Assembly (NCBI GenBank): GCA_047495785.1
Contig: JBLDXI010000001.1
Span: 4,836,001 to 4,900,000 of the forward strand
From: Lepidodermella squamata
Taxonomy: Eukaryota > Animalia > Gastrotricha
DNA length: 64,000 nucleotides
Direction of reading: 5' to 3'
Shown here: positions 1 through 11,952 of the stretch, piece after piece
Position numbering within the stretch: position 1 is the stretch's first letter
Layout: each line of letters opens with the position of its first letter
Notes under the pieces: generated by a model
Databases searched by the model: none
What the model saw: only the letters and a program-made list of their open reading frames with translations
What the model was told of the DNA's origin: nothing
Made by a program: the position numbers and the translations under genes

Positions 1-493
1 AAAAGTTTCAAAAATTCCAGGGTGTCAATGAGATTCGTCTGATTCGAATCTGAATTTCTGTTTTAGTAAAGATCGCAATTGAGTCGAAAAAGTTGATTTC
101 GCTCGTTTTCTCGCAATCATGTCAAATGAATAAAGCAAAAAGTTATGAGTCCTCGCGAAACGTCGATTCGGGATTTCGAGTACTACGGTTTAAAGTGGAT
201 TCCACCGACACGTTAATCCGACGTTTACATGATGAGGAACAACGGACAAATGGATGCTGTGGAAAAAGTCATTATCTCAGCCAAAGTTACTTCAATGAAC
301 TCGCTCGCTTCTCGACGGGTTTATCCGTTCGAAATTCCCAGACGTTTTACAGAAGAAGGGAAGTTCATAGCTATAGCGATTTTGTGTAAATACTGTGTCC
401 AGCTTCAGGTTAGCCCTTGGCCCCGAAATTTTGCTTCGGATAGAACGATACTATTTTTGAATTTCATGACAACTCCCTTATTTTGTGTTTTAG

Positions 494-1101
494 AGGCTAT
501 CCATGGTGATATCAATGAGCAAAATGTTATTTGCACTGCGAGTGCAATCGAGGAAATCGATTCAACGCCTGAAATCGTTGGCCTGATCGATTTTGGCGAC
601 GCTGTCATGTCGAAACGCGTCTTCGAACCCGGCATCGCCCTCATGTACATGACGTGTTTCGGCTCGAACGCGCTCGAGTGCGCACGGGCATTCATACGCG
701 GCTTCTTGCAATCGAATACGCAATTTTCGACATTGGAGAAGTCGCTCATTTACGTGAGTCGATCAATGATAGAAATTCTTCAGTGATAAAATTTTAGATT
801 TTTGCAATTGTTGGAGACTCTGAATTTTGTGCTATCAACCTCGATATTTAGAGTCTCATGAATTGTTAGGTCAGTTTTAACTTTTGCTATAATGCATTCT
901 GAATTTTAGCCGTGTATTATTGGTCGATATGCCCAATCGCTGGTGATGGGCAATTATACGGCTGTGAAGCTGGAAGCTGAGGGCCGCTCGAGCGATTACG
1001 TCCTTTCGACGTCGAAACGCGGCTGGGCGCTGCTGAGCCAACTGATGGACTCACCTCTGGGCAACGAAATGGCTCGAATGATCGAAGCAATTGACCCTTG
1101 A
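494..1101 (+). CDS. HYKK: Hydroxylysine kinase / aminoglycoside-phosphotransferase-like protein, last two exons (494-753, 910-1101); 5' part not resolved
   Basis: APH-family motifs AIHGDINEQN and GLIDFGD. GT donor at 754 and AG acceptor at 908-909 join SLIY to PCIIGRYAQSLVMG...KRGWALL, resembling the HYKK C-terminus. Stop at 1099-1101, AATAAA near 1219. Confidence 0.75.
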
Positions 1102-2023
1102 AAGAATTTTTAAGCCTTCTGCAATGGAAACATTTTATTGTTGATGATTTTTTAACGACTTCTCTAGTCAATATCGTGGCTGAATCAGCAATTTAAAGGT
1201 GCTATTAACGAACTGCGAATAAAATTAATGATTCTGTGCAACGTAATTGGGTTTTGTTTGAATAATCTCGGGCTTAGCCATTCCAATCGCGAATCGATCG
1301 TGATGTTTTAAGCCTTTTCTCAGCGTTTCATGACGCCCGATCGGCTTCGCTCTCATAACATAACATAACAGCATAAATAACTCAGACATCCGACTCGCTA
1401 TGTCTTATTTTGCTTAACAAAATCTTTCAGCTTCACTTCTTGCAGATATGCAAAACTATCCCTTTAAGGTTATAATGACATCCGGCTTTAATGAACGCGA
1501 TGCATTAATAAGCCGTTCAATGGCAGCTATTAAGTTTCATCAAGTCTCAGGTTTTGAGCCACTAGAGTTTCCGCTGCAAGCCTTCTGGATGTCAAATAAC
1601 AAATTTTGATCTCTACTGCGTTGTGTCTTAACGTCTGAGCGTAGACTGTCCCCGAATCGTGCTGTTTATTCGCATTGGGCTTACTTGGGCTTGCATTTTT
1701 TTGTCGCAATTTTGTCTCATTTCCCGACAGCGATATGCGTGGGTAAAGCTGAGTACATCGTAATAATGGCCGAAAATATAACAACTATATGTATAAAATA
1801 AAACAACGCGCGGTTTTAATACATGTTTGAAGGATGAATTTTTACGACTGTTTGGAAGCCATAGTTTAACGCGATCTAGATGACAATAAATTGAGTTAAG
1901 AGTTTAGAGATCAGGTCAAGTTCATTTTAGAATTCCTTCTAACTGCTAACCTTCTAAGAGTTTCATGAATGAATCTCAAACTATTTGCGGACGACAACTT
2001 TCACGCATGACATTTAAAATAGT

Positions 2024-3304
2024 TCAAATCTGAATTTCGGTGTTGCACGAATTTCGGCGATCGAACATTCTGCGCCATATGCTTCGCAACTGTTCGGAAA
2101 ATTCAGGTCGCCAGCATAGCGTAATAGCAGTCAGTGTCATATGGCAGGGTGCGCAGAATAAAACCATGCGATACAGCCTGCTAGTACCGTACTTGGGTCC
2201 GAAATCGAAGTAGAAAACCGGGAACAAGGTAAAAGCTATATAAGGAGCGTGGAAAACGATATAGATGACAAACGCGACCAGTGAGTGTTTTGCGACGATC
2301 AGCTCACGTTTCCTCCATTGTCTTACTACGAGTGACTGGTCAGAATTAACTTTTGAGAGATGGAAATTAGCCGCTGCAATTCTCAGCCTTCTTGAGCGAA
2401 CGTTGGCAAATATTTTCCTGTAAATTAAAAGCTTGAATTTGAGAATGGGCCCATGCAGACACCCTACCAGTAGTTGTAGGCAAGAATGGAAGATGTCAGT
2501 GAGATTAGACAAATAGTTAAAACAAGCATTGGCAATGATGTGTCGAAGCGGCCAATCAGAGCCGTGTCGAAGGCCGCGCAGACTGTTACCTCGGTTCCAT
2601 TTCGTAGGTTTTCGACCATAAAGGTTAGCACTCGAAGGCGACGCAGGGGATCCACATTCGTTAAAGTGAGGAACAGACTAGTGGACAGAAGTGCGCCAGC
2701 AAACATTGCAACAAACTTGAAAGCGAAAGCGAGGGGAAAAATGTTTAGAAAATTGGTAAGAGTTTTTTTTTCAAAAACCAAAATGGAGCGAAGTCAAAAA
2801 TGGATGCATGATGCATACCTTTTTAATACTGCTCCTGTAGTTTGGAGTTGCCGATAGGACACATAGCCGGCGCTCATAGCTAATTAGCACCATAAGAACC
2901 GAATTCTGACTGTTAAGTGATGCCATGGTCAAGTAAATGAGAACACACGATGATTCGCCAGCCAACCATGAACCAGTCGGCAGTGTTACTAGGAAGTTGG
3001 CGAAACAGGCTATGCAGTAGGAAATATTGACTGCGGCTAACATAACCATGAGAACCATGAAGTTGGGATTGACGCCTCTTCTTCGTAAAATCAGTACCTT
3101 TGCGATACTCGCGGCTGCCACCAGCAGCAAAGCGATTGCAAAAGCTATTGTCCACGAGAGACGATTCATGTAAGACTCGTTTAGATCATGGTTGAACCCC
3201 AGCGAATAAGGCCTAGTAGAGGGAAAGCCGCTATTCGGAATATCGGCAATTAGCCATGAATTAGAGAGGGTCGCAGGAATAGGTTTGCTACTATTAGCCG
3301 GCAT
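2024..3304 (-). CDS. Divergent rhodopsin-like (class A) GPCR, 3 exons (3304-2819, 2715-2468, 2417-2024)
   Basis: Seven hydrophobic segments, TM3 Cys (GESSC) and ISYERR (DRY-like). The three track ORFs are joined in frame by GT-AG introns 2818-2716 and 2467-2418. TM7 lacks NPxxY. Confidence 0.75.
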
Positions 3305-4283
3305 TTTTGTCACAAGAAATAGTAATAGCTTTTTTCAATGGTCGATTTTACTTCCCGAAGTTCAAACAGCATTAAATTTCACGATAACAGATTATAAGTA
3401 CTAGACCTCTTGAGGAAATGACCGAAAAAAGGGTCAAAAATATTGATGCCGGATGCGGAGTAGCAAGCATTCTTTTTCACAAATGGTTCAGCGGCACTAA
3501 TTTGAGTTGACTATCAGATGCATTGGTTGAAAGATGAAAGATGTAACAATGAACGCGCTTCGCCTAAGCGTTATTCGTTATTCACTGTACCTTCGTTTGG
3601 GGTGAAATGGGCGATTTGGCAGAAAATTGATGTCATCACATTACTTGTAATAGCTCAAAGACTGTAAGTCAGGTCTCTGAAAAAATCCTCAACAGACCCT
3701 CTACATCTGTCAAAATTGTCAGCCAGTTATGTCCTAAAATGAGGTCATACGGCAAGCCAGTACAGTTTACAGGTAAGTTGAGGCGGGTAAAAACAACCCA
3801 TGTGAATTGAATTATCTGCAACGAATTGAAAGGCTTAGAGTTCAGGTTCGGTTCGGTTCGCCCCAAACGACGGTAGCGTTCGGCGATATACATAGTTGGC
3901 GCTGGTTGAAATTTCGATAAATTCACGCACAATTTCGATCTGCTGACTGAGATAAAGGTTTACTTCTTTATTCATTCTTATGATTGTTTTCTGACATGCC
4001 AGTCGAGATTCGAGGGTCTGTCTCCACGTTCAAGAGACGACTTGGCAAGTCTCTCTCCATTCCAGCATGCATTCCAGGTGTTTGTTCACAATCGTTCTGC
4101 GTGAGTGCTGCCCTGCGGAGAGGGTTTTCTGAAAAATGACAATAATACAGGCATCCTTGCTTCTGCAAACAGTTGATGCATATCAGAATCCTGCTTGTCG
4201 CAATATCCGGTCTAAGAAATATCAACTCGGGCTTTGATATATCACTTACTTCACTTACTGCTCACCTCGTTGACCGTGAAATA

Positions 4284-5462
4284 ATGATAGCGGCGGCACA
4301 TTTCGGTCCAGCTAAGCAAGCGGTCAAGCTCCTTATTTCAATGATCCTTGTTATTTCAAGGATCATAGACGGCAACCAGTTTTTTACATTATCAAACGCT
4401 AGGAGTTTGGATCTAATTGCGCGCTGTAATCATTTTTCTTTTGAGGCTATTAACCCAAACTGCAATATAAGCAATTCGCTAGCCTATGTGGACCAGTCTT
4501 GCTTGAAAACACCAATTAAAGCATCACTGAAGTCAGTGAGAGCTTCCACAATCGATGATGTAACTGAGACACTCAGAGTGCGTGCAAGTTTTATATACGA
4601 GTGGAGAGCGACATGTAATCAAGTGAGCAACTTGAGCGGAACTTCTTTCTACCCGAACGCAAGCCTATTTTGGCAACCGGAATTCATTCATGACAACGCG
4701 GTAGATGATCCGACAATGACACATTTGCCGTCAATTTTCAGCGCCCAAGTGACCAATAACCATGTCATTTTTCGTTCAGAGCTGACCGGTATTTTCGTCT
4801 CATCCTGCCCTACAGATCTAACCTATTTCCCGTTTGACTATCAAATTTGTACGATCATCATGAGATTGGCGGACAGCCCCGAAGATGTGTTTACAAAAAG
4901 TGTTAAAATCAGTTTGTGGAATAAAGGAAAATGGTATAACAGCTGGGAATTGGCCAAACAAAATTCGAAAATTAAGACGATTGCAGACAACTCAAGTCCT
5001 GTTTTCGGTTTCTTATTCAAACGCCTCCCGCATTTCTACATTTGGTTTCTCATGATACCATGTGCCGTTTTGACTTTTCTCCAGTTTCTTTCCATCGCTA
5101 TCCACGCATCAAAACCTTTGAGACCTGGTTTTGCAATAACAATCCTGCTAGCCATGACAGTTTTACTAATTGAGATAAGCAATAGGACACCACCGAAACC
5201 TGGCAAGATGCTGCTAACGGATTACACTCGTGCTTGTGAACTTCTCACTTTATTCATCACTTTATATGCCTTTGTAACATGTCATTTTGCGAAAAAATTC
5301 CCGAAATGGTTCAACCAAAATGCGGTCGTGATTGGCAAATGGAAGGCTTCTCGCAACAGGCTGTTCGACGCAATTGCTTGTTCGACATCACTCATTGTGT
5401 TCACCCTTGTACATTTTTTCCTGTTCTACAATATTCCTGTTGTACGAAATTTGAAAATATGA
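4284..5462 (+). CDS. Intronless divergent Cys-loop ligand-gated ion channel subunit (nAChR-like, no loop C cysteines)
   Basis: Cys-loop CPTDLTYFPFDYQIC, WQPEF motif, pre-M1 KRLP, four TM segments, short M3-M4 loop. ORF is open from 4173; ATG 4284 precedes a signal-like stretch. Confidence 0.85.
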   Translation: MIAAAHFGPAKQAVKLLISMILVISRIIDGNQFFTLSNARSLDLIARCNHFSFEAINPNCNISNSLAYVDQSCLKTPIKASLKSVRASTIDDVTETLRVRASFIYEWRATCNQVSNLSGTSFYPNASLFWQPEFIHDNAVDDPTMTHLPSIFSAQVTNNHVIFRSELTGIFVSSCPTDLTYFPFDYQICTIIMRLADSPEDVFTKSVKISLWNKGKWYNSWELAKQNSKIKTIADNSSPVFGFLFKRLPHFYIWFLMIPCAVLTFLQFLSIAIHASKPLRPGFAITILLAMTVLLIEISNRTPPKPGKMLLTDYTRACELLTLFITLYAFVTCHFAKKFPKWFNQNAVVIGKWKASRNRLFDAIACSTSLIVFTLVHFFLFYNIPVVRNLKI

Positions 5463-5584
5463 ATGCTTGCAGTCTGTAAAATTGTTCAGTTATTGTATGC
5501 GCGTGCCGGAAATTTGATGTGAAAGCAAACACGCTCTGCTTTGCTAAACATTCATGAGACGTAGCTGTGATTTGTTGCCTGGCT

Positions 5585-6721
5585 ATGCTCTCCTGTATTC
5601 TTATATTGGGCGTTTTATTTCACCCTTCATTCTCCCATCTCAATACATTATCACTGCAGAGGGCTCGAAGCCTTCTGTTGGAGTGTCCTAACCTCAGTCC
5701 TGAAAGCCCCGGGCCATTATATGGCGATAATAAGGAGGGAAACGAGAATTGTCATGAAGCAGAAGTTTATATTACAGGCTACGCCGCACGGGTTGAAGCT
5801 ATCAACGATCATCTGCAGAGTTTCTCGGCAACATTGTTTTTTAGCGTGAAATGGGAGGTTTCGTGCAACTGGCCTGCAGCAGCAAGGTTCCGACCCAAGC
5901 AACGGATTATATTTCAGGTTCGTGATACTATGTTTTGGCGGCCGAAATTTGTCCACCTCAACCCTTCCGTCACTCACATAAGCGACAGCGAACCGTCAAA
6001 AATGAAAGTGGTAATTGAACCTGGTAGAACACTATTCACTTGGCGATTTACTGCAATGCTCACTTCAACCTGCGATCTCGATGTGGCGTTGTTCCCTTTC
6101 GATACTCAAATTTGCGATATCAAACTACAAATTGCTCATCAGCGACTTGGCTATAAGCTTTCAACTCGCAAGGAAGCTCGCATGATTAGTGAATTTAGCG
6201 AACATCATGATAGTTGGCGCATCATCGACAAATCAGCTTCGATTAGCAACAGAACGATTTACAAGTATATAATCACATTTCGAAGGAAACCAGAGTTTTA
6301 CGTCTGGAATATAATCCTCCCATTTGCTGTTCTCACATTGTTGACATTCATCATTCTAATCTTGGAAGCACGTCTATCCGACCGGCCAGTTCTAGCCCTA
6401 ACGATTCTCCTTGCTCTGGTTTTCACGGAAGCCGATTCTTTGAAATATCTGCCATTAAAGCCTGGTTTTGTATTTATGACTGCGTTCATGAAGTGTTGCG
6501 AATTTCTCACCTGTATGCTAACATTTTATTCCCTGGTCACTTGTGGATTGGCGAACTCTTACCCAGATTGGTATGCCACTATCCTGATCGAACATTCTAT
6601 TTTCAAACTAAGAAATGGTCGTGCCATGGATATAGCTGCTTTTATAATTATGGCACTGGCCTATTGTGTCTGTGTTGTGTTCTTTGCACTGATGTTGATA
6701 TCTGAATACTATATCAAGTAA
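5585..6721 (+). CDS. Intronless divergent Cys-loop ligand-gated ion channel subunit, tandem paralog
   Basis: Signal peptide MLSCILILGVLFHPSFS, FWRPKF, Cys-loop CDLDVALFPFDTQIC, RRKPEFY pre-M1, four TM segments. Confidence 0.88.
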   Translation: MLSCILILGVLFHPSFSHLNTLSLQRARSLLLECPNLSPESPGPLYGDNKEGNENCHEAEVYITGYAARVEAINDHLQSFSATLFFSVKWEVSCNWPAAARFRPKQRIIFQVRDTMFWRPKFVHLNPSVTHISDSEPSKMKVVIEPGRTLFTWRFTAMLTSTCDLDVALFPFDTQICDIKLQIAHQRLGYKLSTRKEARMISEFSEHHDSWRIIDKSASISNRTIYKYIITFRRKPEFYVWNIILPFAVLTLLTFIILILEARLSDRPVLALTILLALVFTEADSLKYLPLKPGFVFMTAFMKCCEFLTCMLTFYSLVTCGLANSYPDWYATILIEHSIFKLRNGRAMDIAAFIIMALAYCVCVVFFALMLISEYYIK

Positions 6722-7469
6722 AAAGCATATATCTTTTCGAGCTTCCACACAGCGATTGTAGCATTGAAAGGATTGCAAGGCTACGCAAATTTGATTCAAA
6801 AAATTTGAAATTCAAATTTTCCTCGTTCAAGTCAAGTGGAGGATCATTGCTTTCAAAAGTTACGCATCATTAATTTTAAGTGTTCATGTTTGGTTTCCGG
6901 CGAACTATAATGCCGTTGAAAATCCTTTTCAATTGGCTAGAAATTTCACCTCTCCAGCAAAGCGTGATAGAATCGTACGCACACGCGCGCAGAACAAAAT
7001 GTAGCGATTAACGCGTCGATGCGGTAGTCGAGAATTGAGATTGAGGTAGTCGATGCGACCAGAAGAAATATATAACCAAATTGATATAAGGGCGAGTCGA
7101 AACTGCTACCAGCGCACTTTCGTAGAAAGCGCTCGCTGTAACTGTTTTGCCATTTTGTAGATTCGCAACGGTAAAGGATAAACGTCCTCAAAACCGACGG
7201 AACATATACTAATGATCAGAAGAGTGACTGCAAACAGTGCCAAGAACTTGAAATACAAACTGTCAGATTCAAGTCAAGTTAGGATAATGGATAGTCTTTG
7301 TGCATGCGCGTTTAACTTCGCTTGGTATTTACCAGGGCACGCAATATATCTTACTGTTATCCATAATCAAGCGAGGACTACGAGCATTGAATTCGCGGAT
7401 TTCAGCGTAGCTATCACAGATAATACCCTTTCAATCATCATTTTTTCTATTGCTTTCAGCATTATTTTC

Positions 7470-7900
7470 TAGCCGACCTAAATCTAAATCTAAAAATTTG
7501 CCAAAAGGAGTTTGTGTTTTATTTTACCAGACACTTATAGAACCGGTGTTGCTGTATGGTGCCCCGGCCTGGTACTGCATGAGCCCCTCAGCCCTGAGTC
7601 GCCTTGTGGACCTCCAAGCCTATGCCCTTAGACCCTACTAAACCTTCCCCAAGAGACGCACCCTATCGATGTGATCGCCTTCGCCGGCGTCACAGGCATT
7701 GACCTGCGGTTTGAGACCGCTACCCAACGCTACGGCGAGCGAACTCTTGCCGCAGAACTCGATATTGCTAAATATATCGAATCTAAATATAGATAATTGC
7801 CGGAATAGGACTGTTGTCTTCAACTGGCATATCCTACAATCGAACTCCATCAAGAATCAAGTCAAAACCTCTTGTTGGAAAAACCTCAAATCTTAGCTAC
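7470..7900 (+). mobile_element. Degenerate non-LTR retrotransposon (LINE ORF2 C-terminal) fragment
   Basis: FYQTLIEPVLLYGAPAW resembles the post-RT region of LINE ORF2; reading frame broken. Confidence 0.5.
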
Positions 7901-8322
7901 TAATGTTTTCCACGGCAAATCGGATGAATCAAAAGAAAGGTACAAAACTTGAATGCCCATAAATAGGAATTAAGTAGGAGTCTGGCTAATTTCGCGCACC
8001 CTAGCCACTCAACGGGTACAGTAAGTCGAGTTGAGCTCACACTGCTGTTCGAGTTTTGCATTGAGTGAGTTGAGAGTTGAGAGAGATGAATCATCGGATG
8101 TTATAGGTTTATACGCATGAGATTCGCGCCCTCACAACAAATCCAAGCAAAGATCCGGTGTTTGTACATGAGATCCAGTGAAATTTATTAAAAATCGGTA
8201 TTACAGTACTTTTCAGAGCTTGAAATTATCTTTTCCTCCAACTACGAAGAGAAATATTCCTGTTTCATAAGATCTCGAAAGGTTCTTAGCTAGAGGTAGT
8301 AAGGCAGGTTCTTGGTGCATGT

Positions 8323-11300
8323 TCATATAATTATTTCTTCATGAATTGAGGCTGCAAGTGGTGGTGTTGTGTCGTAAAGTGATGGCGCGTGAAGTAGAAT
8401 AGCCAACGTTCCAAACGAGCAGGCAGCCGAGAAAATGAACAAGAAAAGGCGATCCAAAACTCGCGATACAGCCTCCCATTCACTTTTCATCTGAAAAATT
8501 GAGCGGAATATAAAGAAAAGATCATGAAATTGTTTGAGAAGCTTACCTTGGCTTCGATAGTACCATCTCGGTAACGCTTTGAGATGAAGTGAACACAACG
8601 CATAGCTTCCTGGACTTCAGGCAACCCCAGATACGCATCGAAAGCTGGTAAGGCCTCGTCGATAATGAAGCGCCCCTCTTCATGGCAGGCAAGATAAGCA
8701 CCATACCGCATTCTAGCATCCATTTTGGCACCACTCCCTGATGAACTGGTCGGTTTGATTTTGCTGTCGCGGAAAAAGGCTCGCTTTTGTTGCAGAGGAT
8801 GCTGTTTGCTTGCGGTATGGTCGTGGAGGATGCTTACTGGATTTTTCGGCTCGTGAGAAGCTGGGCAAGTGCACCGACTTGGCGAAGCCCCTCGCCATCC
8901 TTCCTTGAACTCGACAGCCGGCGACGGAGCGCTGCCACTATCTGCTGAAACGTTGAACAGAAATGGTATGGCTTCGATGTCAGAGGTCGAAATGACGGAA
9001 GGCCTAGGAGGGGAGGATTCTGACGAGGCAGAGCTGCGTCTAGCTTCGGAGCCGCTGTTGGTAGGCTCTCCTCGTTGAGCAGCTACAAGAAAATCAGCGT
9101 CGTCTCCGCAAGAAACAGCTAGTTTCTCGTCGTCAAATGTCGATTGGTGGAACATGAGGATTTTAGGCAGCACGTCAAGGAAAACGGTTCGCACCCACAT
9201 CGGCATTAAGTAAGCATACCTGTAAGGAAAAAAGTACAAAGCCTAAAAGGTGCGCAAACAGAAGACTTTCGTCAAATATTCCCTCCTCCGCCCTTCCCCA
9301 CCGTCCCTTTTCTGTTTTCCCTTTCTCCTTGACTTCCCCGTACTTCCCCCATTCTTCCCCCATTCTACCCTCTTACTTTCCCTTAGGTATCCTTACTAAG
9401 ATAATTTATACTCCCATGTCATAAGATGGCAATCATCTAGACCTCCTCGCAATAAAATGTGCTACTCTAAATGTTCCTCAGTTCACCCAAACAGTGAGTA
9501 CGGCCTCACGCCCGGCTCTTATGCTTTGGGCTTTGGCATCTTTAAAACATGGTTTGGAATTATGGAAACTTACGGGTGTCGGAAATGGTTGTATAGCACC
9601 AAGACTGTAACAGCTATAGACAGCGTGACAAGTACCATAGTGAACAGCAGGTACTTGCCCATAAGGGGCAGCGAAAGTGATGTAGGCGGGATGATTTCGG
9701 ACAGCAGCAGGATGAAGACGGTTAGCGAGAGCAGAATCGAAATGGAAAGCGCAACTTTTTCTCCCGACTCACACGGCAGGTAGAACACGAGCACGGTTAG
9801 GAAAGATATGGCTACGCATGGAATGATCAAGTTTATCGTGTAAAACAACGTTTTGCGACGAATGTGAAAATTGTAACTGGAAATAAAATTTTAATTCCGT
9901 AAAAAAAATTAGAAATAATCAGGGGAAAATTCATTACGTTATGTCGACGTATTGTTCCTCACAGCATGGATACTTGAAAATTCGTCGCCTCCCTGAAATT
10001 TCTAGAACGTCCCATTCTACTGATTCGTAGAATCCAGACATATCGACGGCCAATTCTTGGAAATCGCTCACATTCCCATACCTGGGGAAAACAAACGGGA
10101 GAATTGAGTAATTTCAGCCATCGAGAATCCTTCAAAAAATCTAATTTTTTTCCAGAACTTTGTTTCTGAGCTAATTGAAATTTATAATGCAATAATTCGA
10201 CAATTTGGGAATGTTATAAAGTTATATAAGCTTACGGATCGTTAGGGTTGACAAGATAATAGTCAACTTTGGACACGTCCTCCGTCCATGGGCCGAATTT
10301 CATCTCGCAAACTTGCTTGTCGTACGGGAAAAATTCAACGTCAATAGCGCAGAACGACTTGTAGATAGCAGGCGGTTCCCAAACAACCAGGCCATCGTAT
10401 CGAACCGTCACTTTGGTATGAATCGTTATCTGATAATCGCCATCGGCACTACACAAATTTGATAAAATAGCAAAATTAAGCAAAAGCACTTATTGGAATT
10501 TTCTAGATTTTCTAATTGTTTAATAATTAAATATTTTTGATCGGCCTTAAACATTTCCAAATTCAGGCTAACTTGTTGTAAAGGATGGTATCAGGCAGCC
10601 ATATTTCGTCCGCCGGTATGTTGATGGTCTCGATGCCGTTGAAATTTTTCGGATCCCATTTGAGGCCATTGTCGTACCACTCGTGGCGCAACCACACATT
10701 AGTCGTCATAATTTGACTCTTCTCGTCGATATCGACTATCTGGGTCAACCTCATCAAGAGCCTGATTGCGACGGCCATTCGCGTGCTATTCACCGGTAGA
10801 ACATTGGCGTTGTAGCGGCGGAGAAGGGTCGCGTACAGGTAAGCGCCTGGTTTATCGGCGGTAACCTTGTCGAAATCAATATCGACGTGAAGCCGAGCGT
10901 GACCAGCGTGGCCTATAAATAAAATTGATTTAATAAAATTAATGAAACGTCGCGAACATTTGTTATGATATTTCAGAAGGTAGAGATGACAATAGTTCTC
11001 TATTCTAGGTAAGGACTTTTCATTTTACGATTCCGTTTTACCTGAGTTTTCAACTTGAAAATGCGGATATGCTGTTCCAATTTGCAAAAAATTCAACAAT
11101 TGTTCGAAAATTATCAATCAGCGTGCAACAAATTCTTGCCAATCTAAACTTGAATCTCAAGTGCCCTAAATTTAGAGATCCAGCTTAAAATTTCATGTCT
11201 GCTCAAAAATCTCAATCCTTTGATAATCATGCCTAGCTGATATATTTCACCAAAACGCGTAGTCCACGCTATCAGTGCAGTCACTTCTACATGCAGAGCA

Positions 11301-11952
11301 TATATCAATTCCGAATATCGATTTTACAAATCAGTGATTTTTCCGATATTACCAATCAAGGATGCCAACATAGAAAATAATTCCACATACCTGGGTGTAC
11401 CATGTTTCCTAATTTGAATATTCAAAGGTCAGTCGACGTGGAGAAACCGAAATTGCAGAAATTCTGATATAATATAATAGTGCCAGGACGCCTAAATTTT
11501 TTGCTGGAACTTCAATTTTGGCTGTGCAAATATTTTTATCATGACTTCTATAAATAATCTAAAATTTTAAGACCAAAATTCCGAAATTTTTTTCAACAAA
11601 ACCTGCAAAAAATATAATCATTTTCTACGAATTTTTCCAAATTAAGGAATTTCCCTTGAATTGGGTAGTCGGGAATTTCCCCGATAATTATTGGGACACA
11701 GAATACCATCTGGAATGTTGGATTTTCCTATAACCCAGAGTTTCTAAATTAAATTTTACCCAATTTGCTGCTACTGGAACTTTTCGAGCGTGACGAGGCG
11801 GCGGGAATCGGCGCCTGGACGCCGCCGCCGAGGGCCATCGACTGCGACTGGGCGGCAGCCGCGGCGGCGTGTTCGTCAAAGTGCGGCTGCGAGAAGCCGC
11901 TGAATATCGACAGCGTCATAAAAATGGCCAGCGATGCGACGATGCCAGCCAT
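8323..11952 (-). CDS. Nicotinic acetylcholine receptor alpha subunit A, 7 exons (11952-11760, 10912-10573, 10448-10236, 10081-9938, 9876-9574, 9219-8547, 8490-8323)
   Basis: Spliced product has [14 protein letters not shown], Cys-loop [15 protein letters not shown], loop [27 protein letters not shown]2 and [13 protein letters not shown]4. All junctions are GT-AG and in phase. Confidence 0.93.
11290..11540. repeat. Dispersed repeat, similar copy at ~43845-44105
   Basis: Shared blocks such as tatcgatttta(c/t)aaatcagtgatttttccgatat and tagtgccaggacgc(c/t)taaattt at both loci, both intronic. Confidence 0.7.

Noticed and set aside
229-493. N-terminal part of the 185-aa ORF as HYKK coding sequence
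   Set aside because: No kinase similarity, and a pyrimidine tract with AG acceptor at 492-493 indicates it is intron.
2024-3313. GPCR apparently broken by two frameshifts (pseudogene)
   Set aside because: Both breaks are explained by in-phase GT-AG introns.
4173-6721. Bacterial GLIC/ELIC-like horizontal transfer (intronless, short intracellular loop)
   Set aside because: The proteins have the disulfide Cys-loop C-x13-C and nAChR-like M1/M2 features that prokaryotic homologs lack.
7962-7980. 15-nt taggaattaagtagg shared with ~13704, downstream of both alpha genes
   Set aside because: Too short, and similar taggaat motifs are scattered elsewhere; no support as a 3' UTR element.
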